From NCBI RefSeq assembly GCF_018350175.1, contig NC_058368.1:195116001-195180000 (forward strand): a stretch of 64,000 nucleotides of DNA. The letters are read 5' to 3'. This document shows positions 26,201 through 38,351 of this stretch, piece after piece. Every line of letters starts with the position of its first letter. Within the stretch, counting starts at the first letter, position 1. Position numbers and translations under genes: made by a program. Source of the stretch: Felis catus (taxonomy: Eukaryota). The notes under the pieces were generated by a model. It ran no database searches, had not been told where the DNA came from, and saw nothing but the letters and a program-made list of their open reading frames with translations.

Positions 26201-29200
26201 TTCCCTCCTCCAGGCCCACCCTCATCCGGTGTTTACCAGACACAGCTGGGCTCTATTGTTCACTGCGGGCCTCAAGGCTCTTCTCCCTTTTCCTTTACAG
26301 CCACTCAAGTCTGTTTTGCTTGGCCTTACAGCTCCCTGGCTCCACGACAACAGCTGATTTTCCATCCTTCTAGAAAGTTTATTTTATAATCCCAAAACGC
26401 CTCACTATCACTGAGGAACAGAGCTGAGAACACAATGGTTGCTTCGATCCTCAAGGGAGTCATATGGTATCCAGGGCTCCTGGGTCCCAGATGAAGCCTG
26501 CAGGCCCCCAAATTGTGCCCGACTCTGACCTCACACTGAATCTCTAATCCCCAGACTGAGCCAATTTCTCCCTTAAATGCCAATTGCTGGGCTCAGCAGA
26601 AGAGAAAGGAGGACTCGGGGCTGCCCAAAGCCCAGAGTGGGGGCCCCAGAGGAGGAATTCTGCCCCGGGATCAGTCTGGTTGGGTTCGGGTGGACCGGGT
26701 GGTGCTAACTACACGCCCTTGTGCTCTACCAGACCCCTGCCAGAACCACCACTGCAAACATGGCAAAGTGTGTGAGCTGGATGAGAACAACACCCCCATG
26801 TGCGTGTGCCAGGACCCTACCAGCTGCCCTGCCCCCATTGGCGAGTTTGAGAAGGTAAGGGCCGGGGGTTGGGGGATTGGGCCTTCGCAAACATGGAGTG
26901 GCTACCCAGAACACTGGTGGCCTGGTGACTCTGTGGGGCAGTTCCAGTCTCAGAAGTCCCCACACTGGTCACAGCAGGAAAGTGGAGGTAAGGCTCTGTC
27001 CGTCACCATGTCTCTCCAGCAACCGATAAGGATTTATTCGGCACCGTCAGGTTCCCAGCTCTGTACCAGATCCAGAAGGGAACATATCAAGAACATCGGA
27101 CACTGAGATAGGGACTTCAGTGCTTGGGAGCAGCCTAGCAAAGCATCCAAAAATGTGGGTTCTGGGGTCAGACTGAAGGTTGACTTCAAACCCTATCTCC
27201 ACCCGTGTCAACTGTGAGATCTTAGCTAGATGTCGAACCTTTCCAAGTCTCAGCTTTGTCATCTCTGACATGGGGACAGAGATTGTCTTTATTTCATAAG
27301 GTGGTTGTGGATATTTGTTAGGTAGTGCTTTATACTTAGTACCCAATATATGCTATTTTAAAAAAGCTTTCAAACCCATCCATTCTGCCTCTAATAGGAC
27401 TCATTCACTCAACCAACTATCCATCAATCCAACCGTGTAATTATTTATTGAGTGCCCACTCATGATAACTAATGTGTTAGTGATGACCTAGCTCAGCATA
27501 TTTGGTACTGGCATTGTTCCCACAACCTCCCATCCAGGTTCTCCATCAGTAGTCTCTCCCCAATACAACTTATCCTCTGGGCTCCAAATTTTAGCATCGT
27601 TGTCAGGTCTTTCCTCCTCCTCACCCCTTTACTCCCATCCCACTGGTCACCAGTGCCCATCAACTCTCCCTCTGCGATGATCTATAAGCCATAGTGAGTA
27701 TGTACAGGAGGTTCCACACAAGGCTCCCTGCCTCCTAACACAGATACTTCCTGCCACAGTCCTCGGGCACCCCGCGGCATCTCTGCTTGGCCACCCCCAC
27801 GTGCAGAGAGAGATTCACTAGAAGGACTCACGTGACCCAATGTACAGTTGTGCTCACAGCTAAGACTTATTACAGTGACATATTAAAGATACACAGTATA
27901 TCACGCGGGAACAAGATGTAGGGAGAGCCTGGAGGAATCCAGGCCCAGGCTTGCTTGCTTTCTCCACTCGCATGAGGGGTCTCACAAAATGCACTCTTTC
28001 CCCAGCTACAAAGATGCAGCCACGTGTGAACAATGTTTCTGCTCAAGGAAACCCATTAGAGACTCGGCACTCAAAGTTTTCATTGAGCGCTAGTCACGTA
28101 GGCACCCTCTGCCTAGCACGTACCCGAATTCCAGACTTCCAGAAGGAAAGCAGATGTTCAGCACAAATCGTATCGTTTGTACAAGCAGCCTAGGCTCAGT
28201 GAGGCACCCTTGTCATCTGTGGAAAGTTTTATAGCAGGTGCAGGGAATTGTTTATCGGCCAAGTTCCCAGATGCCAGCCAAGGGCCAACATCGCAAGCGG
28301 GCCTTGCTAAGGATGACAGTCCCAGGCTTTCTGCATTAACTTTTTTCTGTACTCTGCCTGTTCACCACCCCCCATCTTTCATTCCTCCTTTCCACATCTG
28401 CCAGGCTTGTTTCCCATATCTCTGCCGGATTCAGTTGTACCTCCACTCAGAGGCCAACAGTGGCTCTCGCCATGGGCTCGTCATCAGCCCAGAAGCCCAC
28501 AGAGTGGGTTCTTGTTGCAGCCCCAGCACTAACCCACCACCTGACCTTGGGCTGGTCACATTCCTTGCTTGGCCCCTTGTGTCCCCATCTCTGAAATGGG
28601 CAAGGATGGTGGGGCCAGTGAAGGGCTTTGGGAATCAGGGCGTGGCCCTCTGTGCTCTATGCTTTGCAGGTGTGCAGCAATGACAACAAGACCTTCGACT
28701 CTTCCTGCCACTTCTTTGCCACCAAGTGCACCCTGGAGGGCACCAAGAAGGGCCACAAACTCCACCTGGACTACATTGGGCCTTGCAAATGTGAGTCTGT
28801 CCTTGGCTTCTTCCAGCGCCTCATCTCGGGGAGAGAGCACTGAGCTGGTGCTGATGCGGGCTCTGCACCCCTGTGCTTCGTGACATTGGGCGAGTCTCTT
28901 TCCCTCTCTGAGACTCAGGATTGCCATTCACTACTTGTTAGATGTTTATTCATTTATTTAGAGAGAGGACACATGTGCACACACACAAGTAGGGGAGGGG
29001 GAGACACGGAGAGAGAGAGAATCCCAAACAGCTCTGTGCTGATGTAGGGCCGAGGCCCCGAACCATGAGATCATGACGTGAGCCAAAGTCAAGAGTCAGA
29101 TGTTGAACCTACTGAGCCACCCAGGCGCCCCAAGATTGCCATTTATAAAATGGGATGATTGTCTAGGAGTAGCTGCCTCTCGGCTCTGCATTCAGGACAC

Positions 29201-32200
29201 CTCTCAGGAAGGACTGAGCGGTTGTGGAGGTCAGGGAGGGTTTTTGGATCCTTCCACTAGCATCCAAGACAACCCTTCCTTTTCTCTACTGATGAGGATG
29301 TTCTTCTATAGGGCTAACCCAAATCTTTAGTGCTTCAATATGGCAAAGCAAAAATGATGTTCTCTCTGGGCCTATAAAGTGTTTTTAAAAGACAGTAAAA
29401 CCTTGGTTTGCGAGCATAATTCATTCTGGAGACATGCTTGTAATCCAAAGCACTTGTATATCAAACCGAATTTCCCCGTTAGAGATCATGGAACCTCAGA
29501 TGATTAGTTCCACATCCCAAAAATATTCATATAAAGTGATTACAATACTGTAATATAATACAAAATAACAAAGAACATATAAAATCTAAAGAAAAATAAA
29601 CAAATTAACCTGCACTTACCTTTGAAAACCTTCGTGGCCGGTGTGAGGAAGACAAGAAAGAGGAAGTTTATTGTGTAGGGCGACTTTCACTATCGCTAAC
29701 GGAATCACTGCTCTCTATTGGCTCAGTGGAATCTTCTTCTGCATGGGGGCCATTGTATACACTCCATGGATGTTGACTACAGTACAGTATTAATAAACTC
29801 TTGTCATAGACTGTATCGAATGTAACTGGCAACAAGGTAGCCGAGGAAAGGGTCTCTATCTGCAGGCAGCCTGACCCAGAATGAAGCAGAGCATTCCTCA
29901 GCTCACTCTTATATGGAACAGCGGAGGAGGGCTGTCCATAGGTGCTTTGAAGGGACAAAAAACACACTAGTGCCAGTTGGGGGCACCTTCCAACCTTCTG
30001 AAAAATCACTAATTTCTGCCAAACATTGTGGCCTGAGACCCAGCATCTGTGCATGGGAGACGATCACCCACAATCCCACAGTGAGAGAGAGACAGAGAGA
30101 GAGAGACAGAGAAGACCCATTGGCCCAGTTGCGATCACGTGATGTTCAGCAACACATACTACTCGTATTGCAAGACGTCACTCACTTATCAAGTTAAACT
30201 GTATCAGAAATGCTTGCTCATCTATGGAACACTCGCAGAACAAGTCGCTTGCAATCCAAGGTTTCACTGTATTTGAACTTGAATGCTTTAAAATATGAGG
30301 CATGCCAGTCAGTTTCCTTCAGGCCCCATTACTCAGCGTTGCCCTATCCTTGGCCTTTTCACTCCATCACATTCCCGTCTGCCCACTTAAGACCTACGAT
30401 TAACCACTTTCCTCTAGAAACCTGGGAGTCAGGTGTTGGGGGAAGGGATGCCAGGATACTGTCTAGCTTCTTGTTAGTGATTCCAGGTGCAGATCCCACT
30501 GGCCCAGGTGCCTCTTTCAGCATTGGCAGTCTCCTTATCACTTCAGACACCCAAGGCCACATCCTCCTCCAAGACAACACCCATGTAGTGTCTCTGGTAC
30601 ATTCTGGCACCAGATGGCACTGGGGAGAGCCACTCACCGGCTTCGTGAAGGTGTGTAGGGTTCAGCAAGGTGGAGGAGAAAACCAGGTTCTCCCGTGGTC
30701 AGCCTCATGCTCCCAGTTATGGGGCTCAGGAGGCTGGGGAGGAATGCTGATAGGAATCCTTGGGCAGTGAGACTGAGGAGTGGGCCAAGAGGCCTTTTAC
30801 CAAAGTGGTTCTTTCTGTCCTCTGGGGTGTGTTGCTCACTTGTTCCAAATCCTAGTGTGTCCACCACAGATGTTCCCTTCCACTCCCTAGCTAGTGGTGG
30901 AGAAGGTAGTTGTCCTAACCACAGAGGGGACTTTCCCTAGACTCGGGATGAGGGAAGGACAGACCTCAAGCCCCAGGGCAACCATATGCCAGGGATGGTG
31001 GATGAGGTTCTGATAATGTGGCCTTGAGCAAGCCCCTTCCCCCCCCCCCCCCCCCCACCCCACGCTGACCTTTGATAAGTCCAATAAGAGGGTAGACTTG
31101 GTCTGACATTCTGGGATTCTAAATTCCAAAGATCAGGATGGAATCATCATGAAGAATGTTCTGGTGGGTAAGTATTACTGACCCCCCCGCCAAAGCTAAG
31201 CTGGGCCTATGGATAATGTTATTCAACCTCCCAGCTCAAACACCTCCCAGAGGTTGGTATCACCAGCGTGGAACCTGGACCTCTGCTTTCAGAGCCCCAT
31301 CACCCAGAAAAGTGCAGGAGTCACTGGAGTGAACCATTTCCCTCAGCAGACTAGATCAGGCCTAGGGAGGAGCAGACGTGGCTCAGTAGAACTTTCTTCC
31401 CCCACACAATCTCCTTTGCTCACTGTGGTGTGAGAAACCATCCCAGGAAGGCCGAGCCACTGTGCCCAGGTCATCGATTGAGATAGCCGTAGGAGGAGGC
31501 CCTGGGTGAGAAGAGTGGCCCAGCCAGCACGTTGGCCCTCAGGCAGGGAGAGTCAGGGTCTGTGCTGACCACTCTCGTGTTTTGGACCCTAGACATCCCC
31601 CCCTGCCTGGACTCCGAGCTGACCGAATTCCCCCTGCGCATGCGGGACTGGCTCAAGAACGTCCTGGTCACTCTGTACGAAAGGGACGAGGACAACAACC
31701 TTCTGACCGAGAAGCAGAAACTGCGAGTAAGTGCTCTCTCTTCCCAGCCTGTCCCAGGGCCCTTGCCTGGCACTGAGCGAGGTGGCTCCTGGCCCCAGGC
31801 TGGCTGAGATCCAGTCCCATCCCTAGAACTAGGCCCCCACGTGTAAGCCTACACCGCGGCGCTGACGAGTGCCCTTGTTCTGGGCGCTGGGACGCCGGCT
31901 TCTCGCTGCCTTTGGAGGCTGATAATACACGTTCATGTCTTAAAGCCCGAGGAGCCCTGTAATAGAGAGACCTGCTCACTTTGTTTGGCCCAGGGTTAAA
32001 CAAAAGGAGCACAAACGGCCCAGTTGCTTTTTCCTTCTGATCTGTGGATCTTTAACGTTACTGGACATATCAAGCACTTGGAGTACCGATAACGTGCAGA
32101 TTCCTGAGGCCCATCTCGGGCCCACAGAATCAGTGTCTCTGTGAATCCGGGCCCAGGAAGCTGCATTTTCACACACTCCCCAGGTGCGTTTGGTGGGACA

Positions 32201-35200
32201 GCTCTAGGCAGATAGACAGCTTTGAGATCACCCCAGGCCTCCGCTTTTGTGGGTGAGATGCTGGTACCCATCTATGCCACTGCCTTCCCTCATTTCGAAC
32301 CTTGGCCTGGGCTGGTCTCTTCCGGCTCCAGGCCCTCCCTGGCCTGGACGGTCTCCCCTGGACCCTTTGTCACGCAGCATCTGCTCTCACAGGTGAAGAA
32401 GATCCATGAGAACGAGAAGCGCCTGGAGGCTGGAGACCACCCCGTGGAGCTGCTGGCCCGGGACTTCGAGAAGAACTACAACATGTACATCTTCCCCGTG
32501 CATTGGCAGTTTGGCCAGCTGGACCAGCACCCCATTGATGGGTAAGGCCTCAGGCCCTCAGGGTCACGGGGCGCCGCTCTGGCTCGGTGCTGGAGGACGC
32601 AGAGTCGTGGGTCAGGGCTGGGAGGTGCACTGGGTATGGCCAGAAAACTCTGCAGACTGCTGCGTGCAGTCTGGAGTCCCACAGTTTGTGTAGGGGCCGA
32701 GCAGGAAGGAAGCCATAATACACGTTCATGCCGGAAGGAGTGGAAGTCAGCTGGAATTGAAAAATCCCTCCTTACCCCTGTGCGCACCGGCCTTGGGTAT
32801 CCACTAGTTGAGGGAGAGTGAGCTGGAAAGGAGCTCAGACTCCGTGGGGTAGTGGGGCGGAGGTGGGCTGGCCTGTGTGCTCACAGTCCTTCAGCAAAAG
32901 ACCTGAGACCCAGCAGCCCCGGGAGGGCAAACCGAACCTGGGACTTCTTAAAAAAAAACTCCACAGAACCAATCCCATCCACACCGCAAGCCCTTGTTGA
33001 ATTGCTCTTCCCTGTCGTCCAGAGGGGTTTTGACGTGCCATGCAAGCACACGGCAGAACAGGCACGCAGCTGTCCGTGACCCAACACTCACTGAGCAACT
33101 ATTATGTGCTCAGCCCTGTTCGGGCAGGGGGTTTAACCGTGATCAGAGCTGATGTGGTCCTTGCCCCCATGAAGCTCACACTCTGGGTGACAACCAGCTT
33201 CTCACAATCGAAGGACAACAGTAAAAAGGCCCCCAAAAGGTGTAAGTGGGTGGCCGGCTGCACGTGAGGCCGGGCAGTGGTTGTCAGGACCCTCACCACA
33301 GCTTTGTGGCCTCCTCTTGCTGTGTGTTCTCGGGGGAGCCCGGAATGGAGGGCCACCCCCTTCACATGCCTGGGGGAGGACACCGGGCCCAGGGATGGTC
33401 CTCTCTGGGCTGCTCACCCCTCGTCTCTGCCTGGAGCCCACCCACCCTGGCCGCAGTCCCCAAGGGGGGGGGGGGTCTCCTGAGCTCTGGGAACCTCCTT
33501 GCTGCTTCTCTCCCAGGCTCTTTCCATGGCTGGGATTCAACTGAGTCGCTCACTGTGGAGGGGAAAGGGGAAGTCAGGGGGGACATCTGAAGCTCAGACT
33601 GAGCCACTGGATCCCACCACAATGAAAGCACCGGGAGAGAGGCTTCCGGATGGGGCCGCAGGACTGTGCGTCTGGGAAAGTGCTCCAGCCTGGGCCAGGG
33701 GGCCCATGCCCCCGCTCTTCTTGCCCCAGAGCTGCACGGTGACCTTGCCTGAGTTCCTGCCCCTCTTTGGGCCTCAGTTTTCCCACCCATATGCAACAGA
33801 AGGGGAGGGGATGTTCCTTCCAGTCGAAACATTGTGTGATTCCTTCCACGAGTTGGGTGGCGTGAGGGAGTCTGGGGGTTAGAGAGAAAGTTGGAGTCAC
33901 AGTGCGACCCCTTGGGGAAGAGTGTTTTGCGGACAACTGCTTGAGGGCTCTGGAGAATAAGGAAAAAATTCATACGGGTGCTCTGGAGTCCAGGCCGGTT
34001 GGAGGAAAGGGAATGGACAGCAGGAGAGAAGCCAGAAGGCCTCCCTCTCACACGTTACCAGGTACAGAAAGTGAAAGCTCTTGTGGAGGTCAGAGTCCTT
34101 CTGACCGTCCTGCCAATCCCAGCCCCGTCCCACTTCTCCCCAGAAGGCGGCACCGTCACCATTTAGTGTGTTTCTTTTTAGACTTTTTTCTAGGCATTTG
34201 TGGCTACAGACATGTGTGTCCCTGGAAACACGCACGGTTGTTTCATATCAGATTTTGATCTACCAACAGCAGAAGATTTTCACTTTAAGTGTTTGCGCCC
34301 CGATCCTCAGCCAATAAGGAAACAAAGGCACCAAGAGGCCCCTGTTATGAACCCATGGGATCTCAGAACTGGAAGGGCCCTTAGCCGTTACGGTCAACTC
34401 TCCCCGCTTTGATGGAGGGGAAACCGAGGCTCAGAGCAAGGCATTGCCGGCTCTCAGTCCCACAGCAGGTCAGCGGCAGAGCGAGGGGGCAGACCAGGAC
34501 GCTGGCTTCCTGCTCCGCTCGCACACCCCTTCCTCCCGCCCTGTGGGGCAGCCTCGCTCTCCTGTCTCTCCTGGAGCATGGGGCTTTCCGACACCTCAGG
34601 CCCTCCCCGTCTCCTGCCCACAGGTACCTGTCCCACACGGAGCTGGCCCCACTGCGTGCACCCCTCATCCCCATGGAGCACTGCACCACCCGCTTTTTTG
34701 AGACCTGCGACCTGGACAATGACAAGTACATCGCCCTGGATGAGTGGGCCGGCTGCTTCGGCATCAAGGAGCGTGAGTGTCTGAGCAAAGGGGCCCCGCA
34801 TCCTCTCCCCGCCTCCCCTCTGCTCTCTGTCGTCTGCGGGTCCGTCCTCTCTACCCAGCTCTGCTCTCTGTGCCTAGTTAACTCCTGTCTGCTCTCCCTG
34901 TCTGGGCGGGCCTTGCTCTCTCAGGTGGCTTCTTGTCCATCTGGCCGTCTTTATCATTCCCTTCCTCAAGCGTAGCACTCAGTCTGTGCCTAGCCCTATT
35001 TTGGGAACCGGCAGGCACGTAGACCAGAGACAGGAAGTGTAATTTGGCAGTGTGTGTCAGTGACAGGAACAGGGGCAGGGAGACCAAGGTTGTCAGTCGC
35101 CACGTTCCTGGGTGACCCTGGGCTGGTCATCTGACCCCTGGCCTGCGGATGGGGGGGGACCCACCGACTCCTCGGGAAGCCCGTCTTCACCCGCACAGGG

Positions 35201-35268
35201 CCTCACGCTCTAACTCTGTTGTCTCGTCTTGCTTTGCAGAGGATATTGACAAGGATCTGGTGATCTAA
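23237..35268 (+). CDS. SPARC: SPARC/osteonectin/BM-40, spliced CDS join(23237-23293,24590-24652,25204-25291,26733-26854,28670-28790,31593-31726,32393-32541,34624-34772,35240-35268), 303 aa
   Basis: Exons sum to 912 nt in frame: [33 protein letters not shown]...[14 protein letters not shown]...[20 protein letters not shown]...[13 protein letters not shown]...[26 protein letters not shown]...[31 protein letters not shown]. Signal peptide, acidic domain, follistatin/Kazal domain and EF-hand EC domain are recognisable; all introns GT-AG. Confidence 0.99.
24590..24652 (+). CDS. SPARC: SPARC exon 3
   Basis: ccaacag|caacaggaagcg...gcagag|gtaggt; [21 protein letters not shown]. Confidence 0.96.
25204..25291 (+). 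CDS. SPARC: SPARC exon 4
   Basis: ccccag|ggacct...gctgaaa|gtaggt; [29 protein letters not shown]. Confidence 0.97.
26733..26854 (+). CDS. SPARC: SPARC exon 5 (follistatin N module)
   Basis: taccag|acccctgc...gagaag|gtaagg; [40 protein letters not shown]. Confidence 0.98.
27780..28352 (-). mobile_element. MER21-like ERVL LTR in intron 5
   Basis: caagttcccagatgccagccaagggccaac...ccttgctaaggatgacagt...ttaacttttttctgtac is the reverse complement of the MER21 5' end. Confidence 0.75.
28670..28790 (+). CDS. SPARC: SPARC exon 6 (Kazal-like)
   Basis: ttgcag|gtgtgc...tgcaaat|gtgagt; [40 protein letters not shown]. Confidence 0.98.
28940..29131 (-). mobile_element. Carnivore SINE ~150 bp downstream of exon 6
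   Basis: atgtttattcatttatt...gagagagaatccca...ctgagccacccaggcgcccc. Confidence 0.9.
29393..30269. mobile_element. Non-autonomous Tc1/mariner-pogo (Tigger-like) DNA transposon, ~877 bp
   Basis: TIRs CAGTAAAACCTTGGTTTGCGAG and CTTGCAATCCAAGGTTTCACTG (19/22 match); TA on the right flank, GA on the left. Confidence 0.8.
31593..31726 (+). CDS. SPARC: SPARC exon 7
   Basis: ccctag|acatcc...ctgcga|gtaagt; [44 protein letters not shown]. Confidence 0.98.
32050..32215. mobile_element. MER5-like hAT remnant
   Basis: gcagattcctgaggccc...acagaatcag...gggcccaggaagctgcattttcacacactccccaggtg. Confidence 0.6.
32393..32541 (+). CDS. SPARC: SPARC exon 8
   Basis: tcacag|gtgaag...gatgg|gtaagg; [49 protein letters not shown]. 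Confidence 0.98.
34624..34772 (+). CDS. SPARC: SPARC exon 9 (EF-hand 2)
   Basis: ccacag|gtacctg...aaggagc|gtgagt; [49 protein letters not shown]. Confidence 0.98.
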
Positions 35269-35380
35269 ATCCACGCCTGCCTCCTTCCGCAGTTCCGGAT
35301 CCTCCCTCTTTGATCTTCCCCTTCCTGTTTCCCCCAAAGTTTAAAATGTTTGGATGGTTTGTTGTTCTGCCTGGGGACAA

Positions 35381-35420
35381 GGTGCTAATATAGATTTACA
35401 CGAATACATTAACGGTGCTA
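35381..35420 (+). promoter_or_regulatory. Two miR-29 7mer-A1 seed sites (GGTGCTA at 35381-35387 and 35414-35420)
   Basis: Complement of the miR-29 seed; SPARC is an established miR-29 target. Confidence 0.8.
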
Positions 35421-36405
35421 CAAATGGAAATTGTAACCCAAGTCGTGACATTCTTAGGTGTGACTGCTCTCACTGCCTCTTGCTCGCCCACTAACGGCCC
35501 CGTTTTGCTCTCGCCCCTTGCGGTGTCCCCCGTTGTCTTAGTGGCGTGTGGGTGGGAACTTTGATCTGCTCAAGCCTGCCTTCAACACACATTGCGTCTT
35601 CAGATTTTCCCTCCTCTTCTGTTTGAAACTAACGCTCACCAGGGTAGTCTTTGTGTTCATTTTATTTCAGGGTATTGGCTGCCGGTGGGGGGGGGCGCTC
35701 TTCCCCTCATGGCCTGAAGGTGGGAAAGGGAAGGAACGGGCACGTGATGCTGGCAAGGACGTTTCTGGGACTGGAGGCCTAGTGGGAGAAAGCCGTGCGG
35801 AACCCGCCAGCCAGAACTGCAGGTGGCAAGGCTGTTGCTGGGAGAAAGGACCCGAGTCTGTGTTAGGAAAGTGTGTTAAACTCTCGCATACGCCAGTTCC
35901 GCACCAAGTCCCCCTCATCTTTCGGTGCCCTTTCTTGTCACGTTAGGCTGTTTGTCCAAACTTTTGGGAGCCGGGGTGGACCATCAGCTCTCTGGAATCT
36001 GCCAGGGCCCTGCCAGGGTGGGTCACCACACCGTGCGGGGCTTCTCCCCTCCTAGATGTCTTTGGGAAATGCAGGACTGGGAGGTGCTTTCGGCCAGGAA
36101 GGCCAAGGTCTAGAGCGAGGTGTAGAAAGTTATAAAATAGAAGTGTGGTTGGTGAATTTTTTTTTTCCCACATTTAGATAGCTGTCACAAGAGGTCTTTC
36201 CCTCGGTTTCTAGCACATCCCTCCTCCTTTTCTCCCTCTCCCCACTTTTTTCCTTCTATCAGTCAAGAGTAACTTCAAAGTCAATGGGATGGTCGGATCT
36301 CACAGGCTGAGAACTCGTTCACCTCCAAGCATTTCATGAAAAAGCTGCTTCTCATTAATCTTGCAAACCCTCGCCATGATGTGGGGAGTTTGACAAATCT
36401 TTCAA

Positions 36406-36411
36406 AATAAA
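36406..36411 (+). terminator. SPARC: Polyadenylation signal of SPARC
   Basis: AATAAA followed ~30 nt later by a GT/T-rich element (gtgattttgcatgtgt). Confidence 0.85.
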
Positions 36412-36573
36412 AAGTAACGACTTAGAAACTGCCTTCCTGAGTGATTTTGCATGTGTCTCAGTCTTAGACACCTCATTACCCTGATACGCAGACCCATGGG
36501 CGGACGTGTCTACACACAACTGTGCAATTGCCGACCTTTGCAAAGACACTGCTAGGCTTTGGTACACACAGGC

Positions 36574-36687
36574 TTTTTTTTTTTTTTTTTTAACTTTTTT
36601 TTTATGTTTACTCATTTTTGAAAGACAGAGACAGGGCACAAGCAGGGGTGGGGTGGAGGGGGCGGGGCACAGAATCTGAAGCAGGCT
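36574..36687 (-). mobile_element. 5'-truncated SINE just past the SPARC poly(A) site
   Basis: Poly-T, atgtttactcatttttga...cagaatctgaagcaggct; flanking direct repeat acacaggctt. Confidence 0.8.
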
Positions 36688-37137
36688 ACACAGGCTTATT
36701 TATACGCAGGGGGTGTATTTGTACACAGGGAATGTATGATTCCTATATGCACAAATTTAGCTTACTTATAATTTTATGACCTGTGTGCTGACCCTTTTTC
36801 ATTACTGCACTTCATAATCAGAAACGCCAGGCTAAGCAACTATCTCCTTCCAACATCCATCCATCATCCGTCCGTCCATCCGTCTATCTGCTCATTCATT
36901 CAGTCAACAAACGTTTATGATATACCGACTATGCACCAGGTCCCATGCCCGGTGATGGAGACTCAATTGTGGCAAAGCAGACAAATCATTTGTTCTAGAA
37001 TGTATAGCCTAATAGATTAAACAACTGCAGGACCAAATATAAATTACAAGAAGAATGACAAGTGCAGTAAAGGAAGAGTAAGAGAAACCATGAGTACGTG
37101 CAAAGGGGGGGTGGGGGTGGGCAAAGCATTATTCTAG

Positions 37138-37346
37138 AGCTGCACAGTCCCACAGGGTGGCCACTACCCATCATGCATGGCCACTTAGATTGAAGCTTAA
37201 ATTAACTAAGATTAAAACTTCAGTTCCTTAGGCACATCAGACACTTTTCAAGTGCTTGTTAGCCACATGTGAGTTGTGGTTACCGAGTGAACAGGGTAGA
37301 TCTAGAGCATTTTTATCATTGCAGAAAGGTCTATTGGACAGGGCTG
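37138..37346 (-). mobile_element. MER3-like hAT element inside an L2
   Basis: ggtggccactaccc...ttaaattaactaagattaaaacttcagttcc...agccacatgtg...gcagaaaggtctattggacag. Confidence 0.7.
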
Positions 37347-37581
37347 TTCCATGGCTTTCTTGAGAAAATTTGAGCTGAGTCTCAAAGGAAAAGAAGGGAG
37401 TGAGTGTGTGGAGTAGGGAGAGAACAGGGAGACGGCAGGGAAAGAGCATTCCAGGCAGAGGGAACAGCATGGGCAAAGGCCTTGAGGTAAATGGGGGGCA
37501 TGATGAGTCCCAAGCTGACATGGCTGGTGCACAAAATGAGGGGTAAGTCATACTGGACGAAGCTGAAGAAGTGGGCAGAGG

Positions 37582-38202
37582 CCCTGGGAACGCAAGCTGG
37601 TGCAGCCACTCTGGAAAGCAGTGTGGAGGTTCCTCAAAAAACTAAACGTAGAACTACGCTACGATCCAGCAATTGCCCTACTAGGCATTTATCCATGGGA
37701 CACAGGTGAGCTGTTTCGAAGGGACACGTGCACCCCCATGTTCATAGCAGCACTATCAACGATAGCCCAAGTATGGAAAGAGCCCAAATGTCCATTGATG
37801 GATGAATGGATAAAGAACATGTGGTCTATATCTACAATGGAGCATTACTTGGCAGTCAAAAAGAAGGAGATCTTGCCATGTGCAACTATGTGGATGGAAC
37901 TGGAGGCTATTATGCTAAGTGAAATTAGAGAAAGACAAAAATCATATGACTTCACTCATCAGGACTTTAAGAGACCAAACCGATGAACATAAGGGAAGGG
38001 AAACAAAAATAAAATAAAAACAGGGAGGGGGACAAAGCATAAGAGACTCATAAATATGGAGAACAGAGGGTTACTGGAGGGGGCGTGGGAGGAGGGATGG
38101 GCTAAATGGGTAAGGGGCGCTAAGGAATCTACTCCTGAAATCATTGTTGCACTATATGCTAACTAATTTGGATGTAAATTTAAAAAAAAAATTAAAAAAA
38201 AA
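37582..38202 (+). mobile_element. 5'-truncated felid L1 (~620 bp) with TSD aagtgggcagagg, inserted in an L2
   Basis: ORF2 C-terminus [14 protein letters not shown]...PMFIAALSTIA...WKEPKCP, 3'UTR and poly-A; TSD at 37569-37581 and 38203-38215. Confidence 0.92.
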
Positions 38203-38351
38203 AAGTGGGCAGAGGTCAGACCATGTGGTCTCGTAAGTGATGGTGCAGAGTTTGGATTTTATTTTTTGTGCAATGGGAAGTCATTGGAGGGTTTTAAACC
38301 AGAGAAACAGACAGACAAATAGGATTAGATTTGCTTTAAAAAGAGCACCCT

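Larger units (their letters stand above)
35240..36432 (+). other. SPARC: SPARC exon 10 (last codons [11 protein letters not shown] at 35266-35268, then ~1.15 kb 3'UTR; end approximate)
   Basis: ttgcag|aggatattgacaaggatctggtgatcTAA; AATAAA at 36406. Confidence 0.93.

Noticed and set aside
33362..34051. 229-aa antisense ORF in intron 8
   Set aside because: Contains a MIR-derived translation ([10 protein letters not shown]), has no domain and no splice support
37600..37986. ORFs resembling the L1 ORF2 C-terminus (also 190-447, 43616-43831, 55831-56169)
   Set aside because: Fragments of truncated L1 copies, not genes
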